Of a stretch of 64,000 bases of DNA, positions 53,735-62,358 are shown piece by piece (position 1 is the stretch's first letter; every line of letters begins with the position of its first letter). The translations under genes were made by a program, and so were the position numbers. The notes beneath the pieces were generated by a model. The model did not search any database, had not been told where the DNA came from, and saw nothing but the letters and a program-made list of their open reading frames with translations. Origin of the DNA: Vicinamibacterales bacterium (GTDB lineage: Bacteria > Acidobacteriota > Vicinamibacteria > Vicinamibacterales > UBA2999); assembly GCA_035764385.1 (NCBI GenBank), contig DASTZI010000221.1, positions 482-64,481 of the forward strand, given 5' to 3'.

Positions 53735-56369
53735 GATGCGCGACGCCGAAACCGAGTCGAAGCATGTCCACCGAACGCAGATCGAGCTCGACGAAGCTTC
53801 CCTTCCGAAGCCCTGAAAACACACGCTTGGCGACTTCGAGATGGTCGAACCGGAAACCCGTGATGTGCGAGTAAAACGTCAGCGCGTGCGTTCCCGACAG
53901 CGGCGCGACGTACGAGAACCCGCCATACGTCCCAACGTAGGCCTCGGCGCCGGCAATGACACGTGTCTGCACGTCGAGATTGGTGGCCGGCGTCATCAAA
54001 TGATCGATCGTGTGAATCCGGCTGCGATTTCCTCTGGCGATGTCGGAGTGATCGTCGAAGCGATGCGGCGTGTTCAGCAGGACCACGTCCGTGTGACGCG
54101 TCAGCTCGTCGAGATACGACGCGACGAACGCGTGGTTTTCGGGCGTGTCGGGCAAGGCCGTATTGCTGTAGAACTTCGCTGCCACGTATCGCTGCGGCAG
54201 GTGATTGCGCAATTCGCCGGGGTCGACCGGCGGCAGGGCTCCAAACGACGTGAATGCCTCGATGAGCGTCACCGGCACGCGCTGGAACCAGAAATGATCG
54301 AACAGACGATACATGCTCGACGGGTGCAGTAGACGCACTCCGCTCAGACCGCGCTTCTCGGTGACCTTCGCAATGATCTCGCGGTCGAAGCTTGACACCT
54401 CAACATGCTTGAGGCGACCACGCTGTTCGACGATGCGTGCCTCGTTGCGCACGCGGAACTGTTCGGGCGAATAGAACGAGAGCACGTCCTCGTAGTTCGT
54501 CGTGATGTCGCGATACCAGGAGGCCGCGCCGCCACGTGAAATGACGACGAGTTGCGATGGGTCGAGGTTGCCGTAGGTCTTTGCCCACGTCAGAAATGGA
54601 ATCCAGTAGAGCAGCTCGAACCCTGCCTCCGAGAGCCACGGACCGATCAGAATCGGTCGGCCACTTCGTCCCAGGCCGGTAATCAACTCGCGGGTTTCCT
54701 CCGCCTCCGGAAGGTTCCATCCAGCGAGTTTTTTTGCGGGATCGCGCTGGCGCCCAGGCTTTGGTGTCAGCGCGGATGGCGGCCCCACCGGCGGCGCGGT
54801 CAGCTCTTTCTCGCCGAGCTGTTTTTGCGCGAACTGCTTGACCCAGACGAATACGCGGCGGCGGCCATCCTGGAACAGCTTCTTGATCTCCAGGCGCACG
54901 CGCTTGCGATGTGGCTGCGTGATTAGAAGGAGCTGAAGTGCTCCGACGGCGGGATACATCACCAAACGCAGCACGCGTTCCGTCACACCGACGCCGGAAG
55001 GCCGGGGAGCCGGCAACGCCACGAGCTGTTCGATCGCGTCCGCAAATCGCGGCGTCGCGGCCTGCGCCAGACCAAAGGGACGAATAAAGCCTTCGACGAA
55101 GCAGCGCGCCTTCGGGTCGCCTCCCCCTTCAGGCGCGAGCGAGTCGGCGAGCACCTGCACGTGTTCGTCGAGCGTTCGCGCGACGCGAAGCAGCCCGCCG
55201 TTCACATCCAGCAGATAGTGAAAGTGAATCGTGCCTTCCTGGTTATGCCTCGAGATGTGTTCATCGAGAACGGTGTGCACCGGCTTGCCGACGACCGCGG
55301 CTTCGAGAAACGCGCTCGTATTGAGGCCGACCACCGCCGCGCTGTAGTACATCGAGTCGAAGTAGTCGTTCTTCGCGTCATCGTCAACCGGATGGTCACC
55401 CCAGAATGCGAGGTTCCTGAAACCGGACAGATCGATCTGCTTCCACTCGTCCGGCCGTGCCGGGTGCGGCCTGATCAGGATGCCGATGTCGTGCAGGCGA
55501 GGATCGCTGCTCGTGCGAATCGCTTCAACCCAGCGCTCGACAAAGGCAGCTTCGCTTGCGGTGCCGCGGAAGAGCGACGAACACAGGTACACCACGAACG
55601 GGCGATCCGCACGAAGGCCGACGCGCGAGCAGAAGCTGTCGCGACTGCGCGACGGCGCCCGGCCAAACCACTGATCATAGGGATGTGCGCCGGTGACAAC
55701 TACCCGGTCCGCCGCGACGCCGTGCATCTCGATCGCTTCCTGCTTCTGAATCTCGTTCCACACCAGCAGGAGATCCGGCACGTTGCGAATGAGCGCTTTG
55801 CTCGACAGGTGATCCCAGCTGGCAACGGGAAGCGCCGTTCGAATCCCAAGCGCCTTGGCGGCGGCAAGGTGATCCATCTGCGGCGATCCGAGCTCGATGA
55901 GCGGAGTCACGAGCACGGCATCTGGGTGATGGCTTGCGATGTAGTGCTCGAGGTCGGTTCTCGCGGGGATGCCACGCTCGAGCGTGCGCAACAGGTGTGC
56001 GAACGTCTCTCGTGCGCCTGCGCCAAAGCGATCCGCGATGGCCACGACGCTGCGTGGCGCGCGCTCACGTGCCCGCGCGCGAATATGCGGTGTCGCCGCG
56101 TAACGCGGATCGAGGTAACGCAGATAGTCGATGCCGAGCCGCAGCCGCCGCGCGAATTCACTCCACGCACCGGGTGCGCGCCCTGGAGTCGTCGCGAGCG
56201 TGATGTTGGGAAATCGCTCCGCCAGCCGCTCAACCATCCGCCGGCCCCCCATCGCCTCCTCGCGATCGGCCGACAACGTCAGCTGGTGGCCGCGACGCGC
56301 GAGCTCTTCGATGGACGACTCGAACAGTCGGAGGTACGCATAGTGGCGAGCGAAAAACAGGATCTTCAC
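53712..56369 (-). CDS. Fusion protein: Family B domain (N-terminal, ~aa 1-450) + Family A domain (C-terminal, ~aa 555-885; paralogue A5)
   Basis: Single 885-aa ORF. B signatures: ASWDHLSSKALIRNVPDLLLVWNE, ILIRPHPARPDEW, YYSAAVVGLNTSAFLEAAVVGKPV, EGTIHFHYLLDVNGGLL. A signatures: ILIGPWLSEAGFELLYWIPFLTW, ISRGGAASWY, LHPSSMYRLF, YVAAKFY, NLDVQTRVIAGAEAYVGTYGGFSYVAPLSG. GTG start with a GTGA overlap. Confidence 0.85.
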   Translation of the reverse strand: MKILFFARHYAYLRLFESSIEELARRGHQLTLSADREEAMGGRRMVERLAERFPNITLATTPGRAPGAWSEFARRLRLGIDYLRYLDPRYAATPHIRARARERAPRSVVAIADRFGAGARETFAHLLRTLERGIPARTDLEHYIASHHPDAVLVTPLIELGSPQMDHLAAAKALGIRTALPVASWDHLSSKALIRNVPDLLLVWNEIQKQEAIEMHGVAADRVVVTGAHPYDQWFGRAPSRSRDSFCSRVGLRADRPFVVYLCSSLFRGTASEAAFVERWVEAIRTSSDPRLHDIGILIRPHPARPDEWKQIDLSGFRNLAFWGDHPVDDDAKNDYFDSMYYSAAVVGLNTSAFLEAAVVGKPVHTVLDEHISRHNQEGTIHFHYLLDVNGGLLRVARTLDEHVQVLADSLAPEGGGDPKARCFVEGFIRPFGLAQAATPRFADAIEQLVALPAPRPSGVGVTERVLRLVMYPAVGALQLLLITQPHRKRVRLEIKKLFQDGRRRVFVWVKQFAQKQLGEKELTAPPVGPPSALTPKPGRQRDPAKKLAGWNLPEAEETRELITGLGRSGRPILIGPWLSEAGFELLYWIPFLTWAKTYGNLDPSQLVVISRGGAASWYRDITTNYEDVLSFYSPEQFRVRNEARIVEQRGRLKHVEVSSFDREIIAKVTEKRGLSGVRLLHPSSMYRLFDHFWFQRVPVTLIEAFTSFGALPPVDPGELRNHLPQRYVAAKFYSNTALPDTPENHAFVASYLDELTRHTDVVLLNTPHRFDDHSDIARGNRSRIHTIDHLMTPATNLDVQTRVIAGAEAYVGTYGGFSYVAPLSGTHALTFYSHITGFRFDHLEVAKRVFSGLRKGSFVELDLRSVDMLRLGFGVAHHEFVAKS

Positions 56370-57898
56370 AGCCAGCTGACTTCGCGTCCCTCGCTATCGG
56401 CGCGCCGGAGCTTTCCTTCGATCTCGCGCTTGTTGAGCAGCAGCTTGCGACCGCGCGGGATTCGCGCCAACGCTCGTAATGTGATGAACCCGAATCGTGC
56501 GACGGTGGCCGGCGCGCTCACGGCATGCTGCGGCCGCACCGTGCCGAGTGCTTCGACCGCATCTGCGATCGCGCACGTGGCGGACATGTCGAGACCAAGC
56601 GGTCTCACGAATGTATGGACGAACTCGCGCTGTCGTCGAAGAATCTCTTGCGTGTTCCCACCCAGAATGGAGGCCAACTGCCCACAGTGTTCGGCAAGAG
56701 AGCGCGAAATGGTCAGTAAGCCTCCCTCCACGAGATATCGAAAGTGCAGCGTCCCTTCCTGATTCGGTCGAAACTCTTCGGGCAAAATGGCCAATACGGG
56801 AGGACCGACGATGCCTGCCTCGATGAACGCACTGGTGTTCAGGCCGACAACGGCAGCGCTGTAATGGAGTGAGTCGAAGTAATCGGCGCGCGACTCCGTG
56901 TCGATCGGATTGTCGCCCCATAAGGCGAGGTCGGGTACGCTTCGCCCGTCGACCTCATCCCACTCACGCTTCCTGGATGGGTGCGGGCGCACCAGGATCG
57001 CCGCGTCGCGCAGGGACGGATCCGAAGAATTTCGCAGCGCGGCAGCCCACCTGAGCACGAACTGCGCCTCCGACGGACTTCCTGGAAACAGGGCCGAACA
57101 TACCCACAGGACGACTGGCCGGCCATCGGGCAACCCGACGCGGTGCACGAAATCCGCACGGCTGCGAGAGGGGCGCTGGTCGAACCAGCGGTCGAACGAT
57201 TGTGCACCCGTCACGACCACGCGCTCCGCAGGCACGCCATGCATCTCGGTCGCTTCGCGCCGCTGCACGTCGTTCCATACGAACAAGCGATCGGGCATGT
57301 CGCGGATGATGGCCTTGCTGGACAGATGGTCCCAGCTCCAGACGCACACTGCGGTCGGGATACCGCGCGCTCGCGCGCTGCGCAACAGGTCCAGCTGCGA
57401 TGAAGGGACAAGCCCAATCAGCGGTGTGATCACCACCGCGTCAGGCGCCTGCACGTCGAGAAAACGTTCAATGTCCGGACTTGCGGGAACCGAACGATCG
57501 ATCGCGTGCAGCGCGCTCGCAAGCAGGCGGCGCGCCCGCGGCGAGCGCAGCAAGCCATGCTCGGCGAGCGTAATGAAGCCGCTCGGCGTCCGCACTTCCG
57601 CCCGTTGCCGCAGCGCGGGGGTGCCTTCGTACTGTGGCTCGAGGTAACGGAGGTAATCGAGCGTCAGCCTGACCTTAGTGGCGAGGAACCGGGTCTTCTG
57701 CTCGCGGGTGGGAACTCTCCCGTAACTGACGTTCGAATGAGCTGCCGCCAGGCGCTGGACGATCGACCCTCCACCCAGCGCGGATTCGTGGCGCTCCGCG
57801 CCGAGATGGAGCTGGTGCCCCCGTGCCGCCAGCTCGTCCACCATTGACTCGATGTTGCGGTAGTAGCCGTTGTGAAGAGCGGCGATGAGAATTTTCAC
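56366..57898 (-). CDS. Family B uncharacterised putative GT-B transferase, paralogue B2
   Basis: Start at GTG 57898 (VKILIAALHNGYYRN; GTGA overlap). WSWDHLSSKAIIRDMPDRLFVWND, ILVRPHPSRKREW, HYSAAVVGLNTSAFIEAGIVGPPV, EGTLHFRYLVEGGLL. Confidence 0.85.
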   Translation of the reverse strand: MKILIAALHNGYYRNIESMVDELAARGHQLHLGAERHESALGGGSIVQRLAAAHSNVSYGRVPTREQKTRFLATKVRLTLDYLRYLEPQYEGTPALRQRAEVRTPSGFITLAEHGLLRSPRARRLLASALHAIDRSVPASPDIERFLDVQAPDAVVITPLIGLVPSSQLDLLRSARARGIPTAVCVWSWDHLSSKAIIRDMPDRLFVWNDVQRREATEMHGVPAERVVVTGAQSFDRWFDQRPSRSRADFVHRVGLPDGRPVVLWVCSALFPGSPSEAQFVLRWAAALRNSSDPSLRDAAILVRPHPSRKREWDEVDGRSVPDLALWGDNPIDTESRADYFDSLHYSAAVVGLNTSAFIEAGIVGPPVLAILPEEFRPNQEGTLHFRYLVEGGLLTISRSLAEHCGQLASILGGNTQEILRRQREFVHTFVRPLGLDMSATCAIADAVEALGTVRPQHAVSAPATVARFGFITLRALARIPRGRKLLLNKREIEGKLRRADSEGREVSWL

Positions 57899-58923
57899 CG
57901 GCTCTGTCTTCGCAGCCCCGTGCGATGCGTGAACATCAGGATTTCGTACACCACCTTGCGGGTCGCGCGGCGGCTCTTGCCGGCCAGCTTCCTGCCGCCA
58001 ACAAGCGTGTAGTAGACAGCGTGATGAAAGGCCTTCTTCACCAGCTTCTTCGCAAAGTGCACTTGATCGAGACCACGACCAACGCGCTTCGACGTTTCGG
58101 TCTTTCGGGTCGCGCGCCAGGTTGATGCAATGACATAGGTCGCAATCATCGAGACGTCGTATCCTTCGCGCCGCAGGAGCACGGCGTGCTGGAGCGACGG
58201 CGGCCAGTTGAATCGCGACGGCGGCGAACCGGCAAACAGCGAAACGCGCTGCCGGTCGACACTCGCGCCATCGGACTGCCGCCGGCTCCACAACGGCTCA
58301 GCGACCTGGCGGATCTCGCCTTGGTGCGACAGCTCCGCGACCAGGAGGCGGTCCGGATTGAGAACAGACCGGAAGATACCGGCCGCCTCGAGCGCGCGCA
58401 CGCGCATGAGGCCGTAGACCATGTCGCCGGATCCGAAGCCGCTCCAGCAGAAATGCCGCCACCGGTCGCGCGGATCGCCAATCCCTGATGTGTCGAACAT
58501 CCGCGGCTCTTTGTCGACGAGCGCGCCGCCCTCGTCGACACGAAGCGTCTGTGGATATACGAGCACCGCCTCCGGATGCGCGTCGAGCTCCGCGACCATG
58601 CGCGCCAGCCATTGCGGAGCCCATCGATCGTGATCGCTGACCCACGCGAAGTACTCGGCAGATGGATGCTCGCGGCGCGCAATCTGGACGACTTCCCGCC
58701 ACGTCGGCACCATCCCACGCCGTTCCGGATGACGCCAGTACCGAACTCGGCGATCTCGCGTTTCGAACTCGCGCGCGATGTGCTCGCTGTCCGTGTTCGT
58801 GCCATCGTCGAGCATGACGAGCGCGAAATCGCCATCGGTCTGGGCGAGAAGCGACTCGGTCGCTTCGCGGAGGTGCCCGGCGTTGTTGTACAAGGTCATG
58901 CCGAGCACAACGCGCGGCTTCAC
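57895..58923 (-). CDS. GT2-family glycosyltransferase
   Basis: VLGMTLYNNAGHLREATESLLAQTDGDFALVMLDDGTNTDS fits the GT-A fold with a DxD-type region. GTG start. Confidence 0.85.
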   Translation of the reverse strand: MKPRVVLGMTLYNNAGHLREATESLLAQTDGDFALVMLDDGTNTDSEHIAREFETRDRRVRYWRHPERRGMVPTWREVVQIARREHPSAEYFAWVSDHDRWAPQWLARMVAELDAHPEAVLVYPQTLRVDEGGALVDKEPRMFDTSGIGDPRDRWRHFCWSGFGSGDMVYGLMRVRALEAAGIFRSVLNPDRLLVAELSHQGEIRQVAEPLWSRRQSDGASVDRQRVSLFAGSPPSRFNWPPSLQHAVLLRREGYDVSMIATYVIASTWRATRKTETSKRVGRGLDQVHFAKKLVKKAFHHAVYYTLVGGRKLAGKSRRATRKVVYEILMFTHRTGLRRQSR

Positions 58924-58924
58924 G

Positions 58925-60634
58925 TCAGTGATGGCCCACCTCGATCAACCGTTTGACGCTCGCCTTCAGACGCGCGACCTGCTTGCGGGCGCTGAGACCT
59001 CGACGCCACTTGCGCCATTCCTTGGCGGCCCGTTCCTGGCGTGTTGCACGGATGATCGCTTCGCGTTCACGGTGCTCGCGCTCGCGGTAAGCGGCCCTCG
59101 CGCCGAGTATCTGTTCCTTCTGTGCACGATTGGCGCGCTCGCTGTCGTCGCGCGCGATGTCTATGGCATCCATCAGCAGCCATCTCCCGATCGCCGTGTT
59201 CGACGCAGCAATCGCGGCTCTCAACATGAGCGGCGGGTCATCGAACGTGGGCTCAGGCTGCGCATGTCCTGCGGAGCGTCCGAGCCCCTCGACCGTCTCA
59301 ACAAACCTCGGCGTTGATGGCGACTCGAGACCGCCGGGCCTGACAAACGCGGTGAGAAAGCGTCGGTTGCGCGCCTCGCGCGATCCATCGCTCTTCATGA
59401 CCCCGGCGAGGTGCGACAGATGCGAGCCGACGTCGGGCGCGGTGTGCAGCAGCCCGCCTTCCACATTCAACAGATACCGGAAATGCACCATACCGTCCTG
59501 ATGCATCCGATACGCCGGCAGCTGCATCGTCAGGACCGGCCGTCCGATGATGGCAGCCTCGAGGAACACGGTCGTGCAGAGACCCACAACGGCGCGGCTG
59601 TAGTAGATCGAATCGAAGTAGTCCGCCTTCGCGTCTGCGTCGATCGGGTTGCGTCCGCCTATCGCTACATTCTCCAAACCGTCGAGAGAAATGCCCGTCC
59701 ATTCCTTGATCCGCTCGGGGTGCGGTCGTACGAGTACACCCGCAGTCCGAAGAACAGGATCGCTGCTGGATCGAAGCGCCTGGATCCATTCCTTGACGAA
59801 CACGGGCTCCGCCGGGTCTGGAACAGGGCTCATCGCCGAGCAGACGTAGAGGACGAATGGGCGCTCTGGATCGAGGCCCACGGCGCGACAAAACTGCTGC
59901 CGCGACCGCTCCGGGTGTTTGTCGAACCATTGGTCGTAGCACTGCGCGCCTGTCACGATGATGCGGGATGCCGGAATGCCGTGCATCTCGATGGCCTCGC
60001 GCTTCTGCACGTCATTCCAGACAATCGTCACGTCCGGTTGGATGTGCACCAGCGCCTTGCTCGACAGGTGGTCCCAGCTCATGATGCAGGCGGCGGTTGG
60101 AACACCAAGCGACCGCGCGGCCTTCATCTGCTCCATCGCAAACGAGCGCGAGAAGGTCAGCGATGTCAGCAGCACAACGTCCGGCTGCTGAGCCTCGAGT
60201 AACCTGGTGATCGCACGGCTCGGCGGCAGTCTTCGCTCGATGGCCTTGAGCCACGCGGCCGTCCTGCGGTGGCCAACGACCGCCCCTCCAACACCCGATG
60301 TGATCCACTTGATGACGCGGGGTGTGCGTTCGATGTTGCGAAGGCGGAGCTTTTCAGCCGACGCATAGCGTGAATCGAGAAAGCGCACGTAGTCGAGCGC
60401 AAAACGCAGCTTCTGGGCGAGGTGGAACCATGGCTCGTCCACCGGCGACGGCGTCAGTCCGAAGCTGACGTTGGGATATTCGGCGGCAAGTCGCTCGACA
60501 AACGCCTGGCCGCCGAAGGTTTCCCGCTCGTCGGCGAGCAGGTGGACGTCATGCCCTCGCCCGGCGAGCGAACGGATGACAGACTCGAAGTTGCGATAGT
60601 TCGCAAAGTGCAGCGCCGTTAAGAGAACCTTCAT
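58925..60634 (-). CDS. Family B uncharacterised putative GT-B transferase, paralogue B3, with basic coiled C-terminal tail
   Basis: Start at MKVLLTALHFANYRN (ATG 60634). MSWDHLSSKALVHIQPDVTIVWND, VLVRPHPERIKEW, YYSRAVVGLCTTVFLEAAIIGRPV, DGMVHFRYLLNVEGGLL. Tail REREHREREAIIRATRQERAAKEWRKWRR. Confidence 0.85.
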   Translation of the reverse strand: MKVLLTALHFANYRNFESVIRSLAGRGHDVHLLADERETFGGQAFVERLAAEYPNVSFGLTPSPVDEPWFHLAQKLRFALDYVRFLDSRYASAEKLRLRNIERTPRVIKWITSGVGGAVVGHRRTAAWLKAIERRLPPSRAITRLLEAQQPDVVLLTSLTFSRSFAMEQMKAARSLGVPTAACIMSWDHLSSKALVHIQPDVTIVWNDVQKREAIEMHGIPASRIIVTGAQCYDQWFDKHPERSRQQFCRAVGLDPERPFVLYVCSAMSPVPDPAEPVFVKEWIQALRSSSDPVLRTAGVLVRPHPERIKEWTGISLDGLENVAIGGRNPIDADAKADYFDSIYYSRAVVGLCTTVFLEAAIIGRPVLTMQLPAYRMHQDGMVHFRYLLNVEGGLLHTAPDVGSHLSHLAGVMKSDGSREARNRRFLTAFVRPGGLESPSTPRFVETVEGLGRSAGHAQPEPTFDDPPLMLRAAIAASNTAIGRWLLMDAIDIARDDSERANRAQKEQILGARAAYREREHREREAIIRATRQERAAKEWRKWRRGLSARKQVARLKASVKRLIEVGHH

Positions 60635-60659
60635 CGATGACCCGCTCGGCGACGTTCCC

Positions 60660-61670
60660 TCAGGGCGCCCGGCGCGCGACAACGCGCAGGTTCTTACCGT
60701 AACAACCGGCGTTGGCGAGGAACTGGACGACATCGGCAATTTCCGTCAGCGCCTGCGCATCGCGATGGAGTACCTCGCGGCGGTACCAGATGTAATCCTC
60801 GATGTCGAGACCTTCGGTGACGATCAGCTCCGGCGTCAACGAATGCCGCAGCATCAGATCGCGCATTGTCGTCGGCGTGTAGTAATTGAGATGGTGCGTC
60901 GGCCAGATGAAGTGCGCGTTGGCGCCCATCAGCAGCCGCGACGCCGAGTCGAAGTTTGGCACATAGAGAAACAGAATGCCGTCGGGCGCGAGCAGATCCA
61001 CGCAGGCCCGCAGCGTGCGTCCTGGATCGAGGAGGTGCTCGAGCACGTCGAACAACGACACTGCGTCGAAGGTGCCTGCGGCAAGACCCGCGTCCTCGAG
61101 CCCGACCGTCCGCAGGTCGAGCCCGCGCGACCGTCCGAATTCGATCGCCGAGGGGTTCAGATCGATCCCAGTCGCCTTCCAGCCGTTGGCCTGAGCGGCC
61201 TCGACGACAAAGCCCGTGCTGCAGCCGACATCGAGGTACCTTGGCGCACGGCCGTTCGCCATCCGCAAATGCTCGCCCATGATGCGCACACGCTCCGCAC
61301 CGAAGCGCTTCACGCGGTAGTCATGACTGTTGATCCCGAGGTCCCGGACGATGTCCTGGTATGCCTGTGAGGCGTAGACCTGCTGGTAGTGTGCCTGGTC
61401 GAAGGTCGGATTGACGAAGACGAGATCGCACTCCCTGCAGCGGACGATCCGCATGTGATCTTTTTCGAGTTCGAGCGTCTCCTCCACACTGCCGCACGTG
61501 GGGCACGCCCGGCGTGACAGCAACTCCTGCGGAATGTGGCCAAAGCGCCTGACGAGCTCGTCGATCGGGTGGGTCCGCTTGTCGATCAGGCTCTTATACG
61601 ACGCGCCTGGCCGCAGCTGGTTCACGTCCACCGGCTGGTATTCAGAGACGCGTCTATACGGAATCTGCAT
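60660..61670 (-). CDS. SAM-dependent methyltransferase with N-terminal Cys4 zinc-ribbon, paralogue 2
   Basis: CPTCGS...CRECDLVFVNP, then YLDVGCSTGFVVEAA, VSLFDVLEHL. It has the same architecture as 49557..50483. Confidence 0.85.
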   Translation of the reverse strand: MQIPYRRVSEYQPVDVNQLRPGASYKSLIDKRTHPIDELVRRFGHIPQELLSRRACPTCGSVEETLELEKDHMRIVRCRECDLVFVNPTFDQAHYQQVYASQAYQDIVRDLGINSHDYRVKRFGAERVRIMGEHLRMANGRAPRYLDVGCSTGFVVEAAQANGWKATGIDLNPSAIEFGRSRGLDLRTVGLEDAGLAAGTFDAVSLFDVLEHLLDPGRTLRACVDLLAPDGILFLYVPNFDSASRLLMGANAHFIWPTHHLNYYTPTTMRDLMLRHSLTPELIVTEGLDIEDYIWYRREVLHRDAQALTEIADVVQFLANAGCYGKNLRVVARRAP

Positions 61671-62358
61671 TCGAACGCGCAGCGACGACCGACTCGGCGA
61701 GTCGTAAATCCCACGGTGTGTCGATGTCGAGCGACTCTTCCGGCGTCATGATCAGCGGCCACGTCTCGTCGCCGTACAGCGAACCCTGTTCGATGACACG
61801 CGCATGAACCGCCAGCACGGCCGGACCATTACGCGCGTAGAGACGAGGTTTGTCCTGTCGCCGCGTCGGCCCGGAACCTTCGAGGAATGGCTTGAGAACT
61901 CCTTCGTCGAGCCGCATCACCGATGTCGGGTTGAACTGATGCGGTAATTCCACAACCGAGACGACTGAGTCGCCGCGCACGCGCTGCAGCCAGTCGATGG
62001 CTGCGTCGATGTGCTGCCCGCGGCGCAGCGGTGACGTCGGCTGAAGCAGGACGACCATATCGGCGTCGAAACCGGCTTCACGCATTGCGCGAATGGCATG
62101 CTGCAGGACGGGCAGCATGGGAGCGTCGTCTGCGGCGAGCGACGCGGGTCGCATGAACGGCACTTCGAGCCCGAGCAACCTCGCGCAGTCAGCCACGCGA
62201 GCGTCGTCGGTGCTCACGATCGTGCGGGTCAGCTTCTTGCTTTCTTTGACTGCATCCGCGGTGTAGGCAAGCAACGGGCGTCCACAGAGTGGCGCCAGGT
62301 TCTTCATCCCAATGCCTTTGGACCCACCGCGGGCGGGGATGACCCCGAGAACGTTCAT
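61654..62358 (-). CDS. CMP-nonulosonic acid synthetase (acylneuraminate cytidylyltransferase family), paralogue 3
   Basis: Start at MNVLGVIPARGGSKGIGMKNLAPLCGRPLLAYT (ATG 62358, sharing 1 nt with the upstream TAA). LLQPTSPLRR. Confidence 0.9.
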   Translation of the reverse strand: MNVLGVIPARGGSKGIGMKNLAPLCGRPLLAYTADAVKESKKLTRTIVSTDDARVADCARLLGLEVPFMRPASLAADDAPMLPVLQHAIRAMREAGFDADMVVLLQPTSPLRRGQHIDAAIDWLQRVRGDSVVSVVELPHQFNPTSVMRLDEGVLKPFLEGSGPTRRQDKPRLYARNGPAVLAVHARVIEQGSLYGDETWPLIMTPEESLDIDTPWDLRLAESVVAARSNADSV

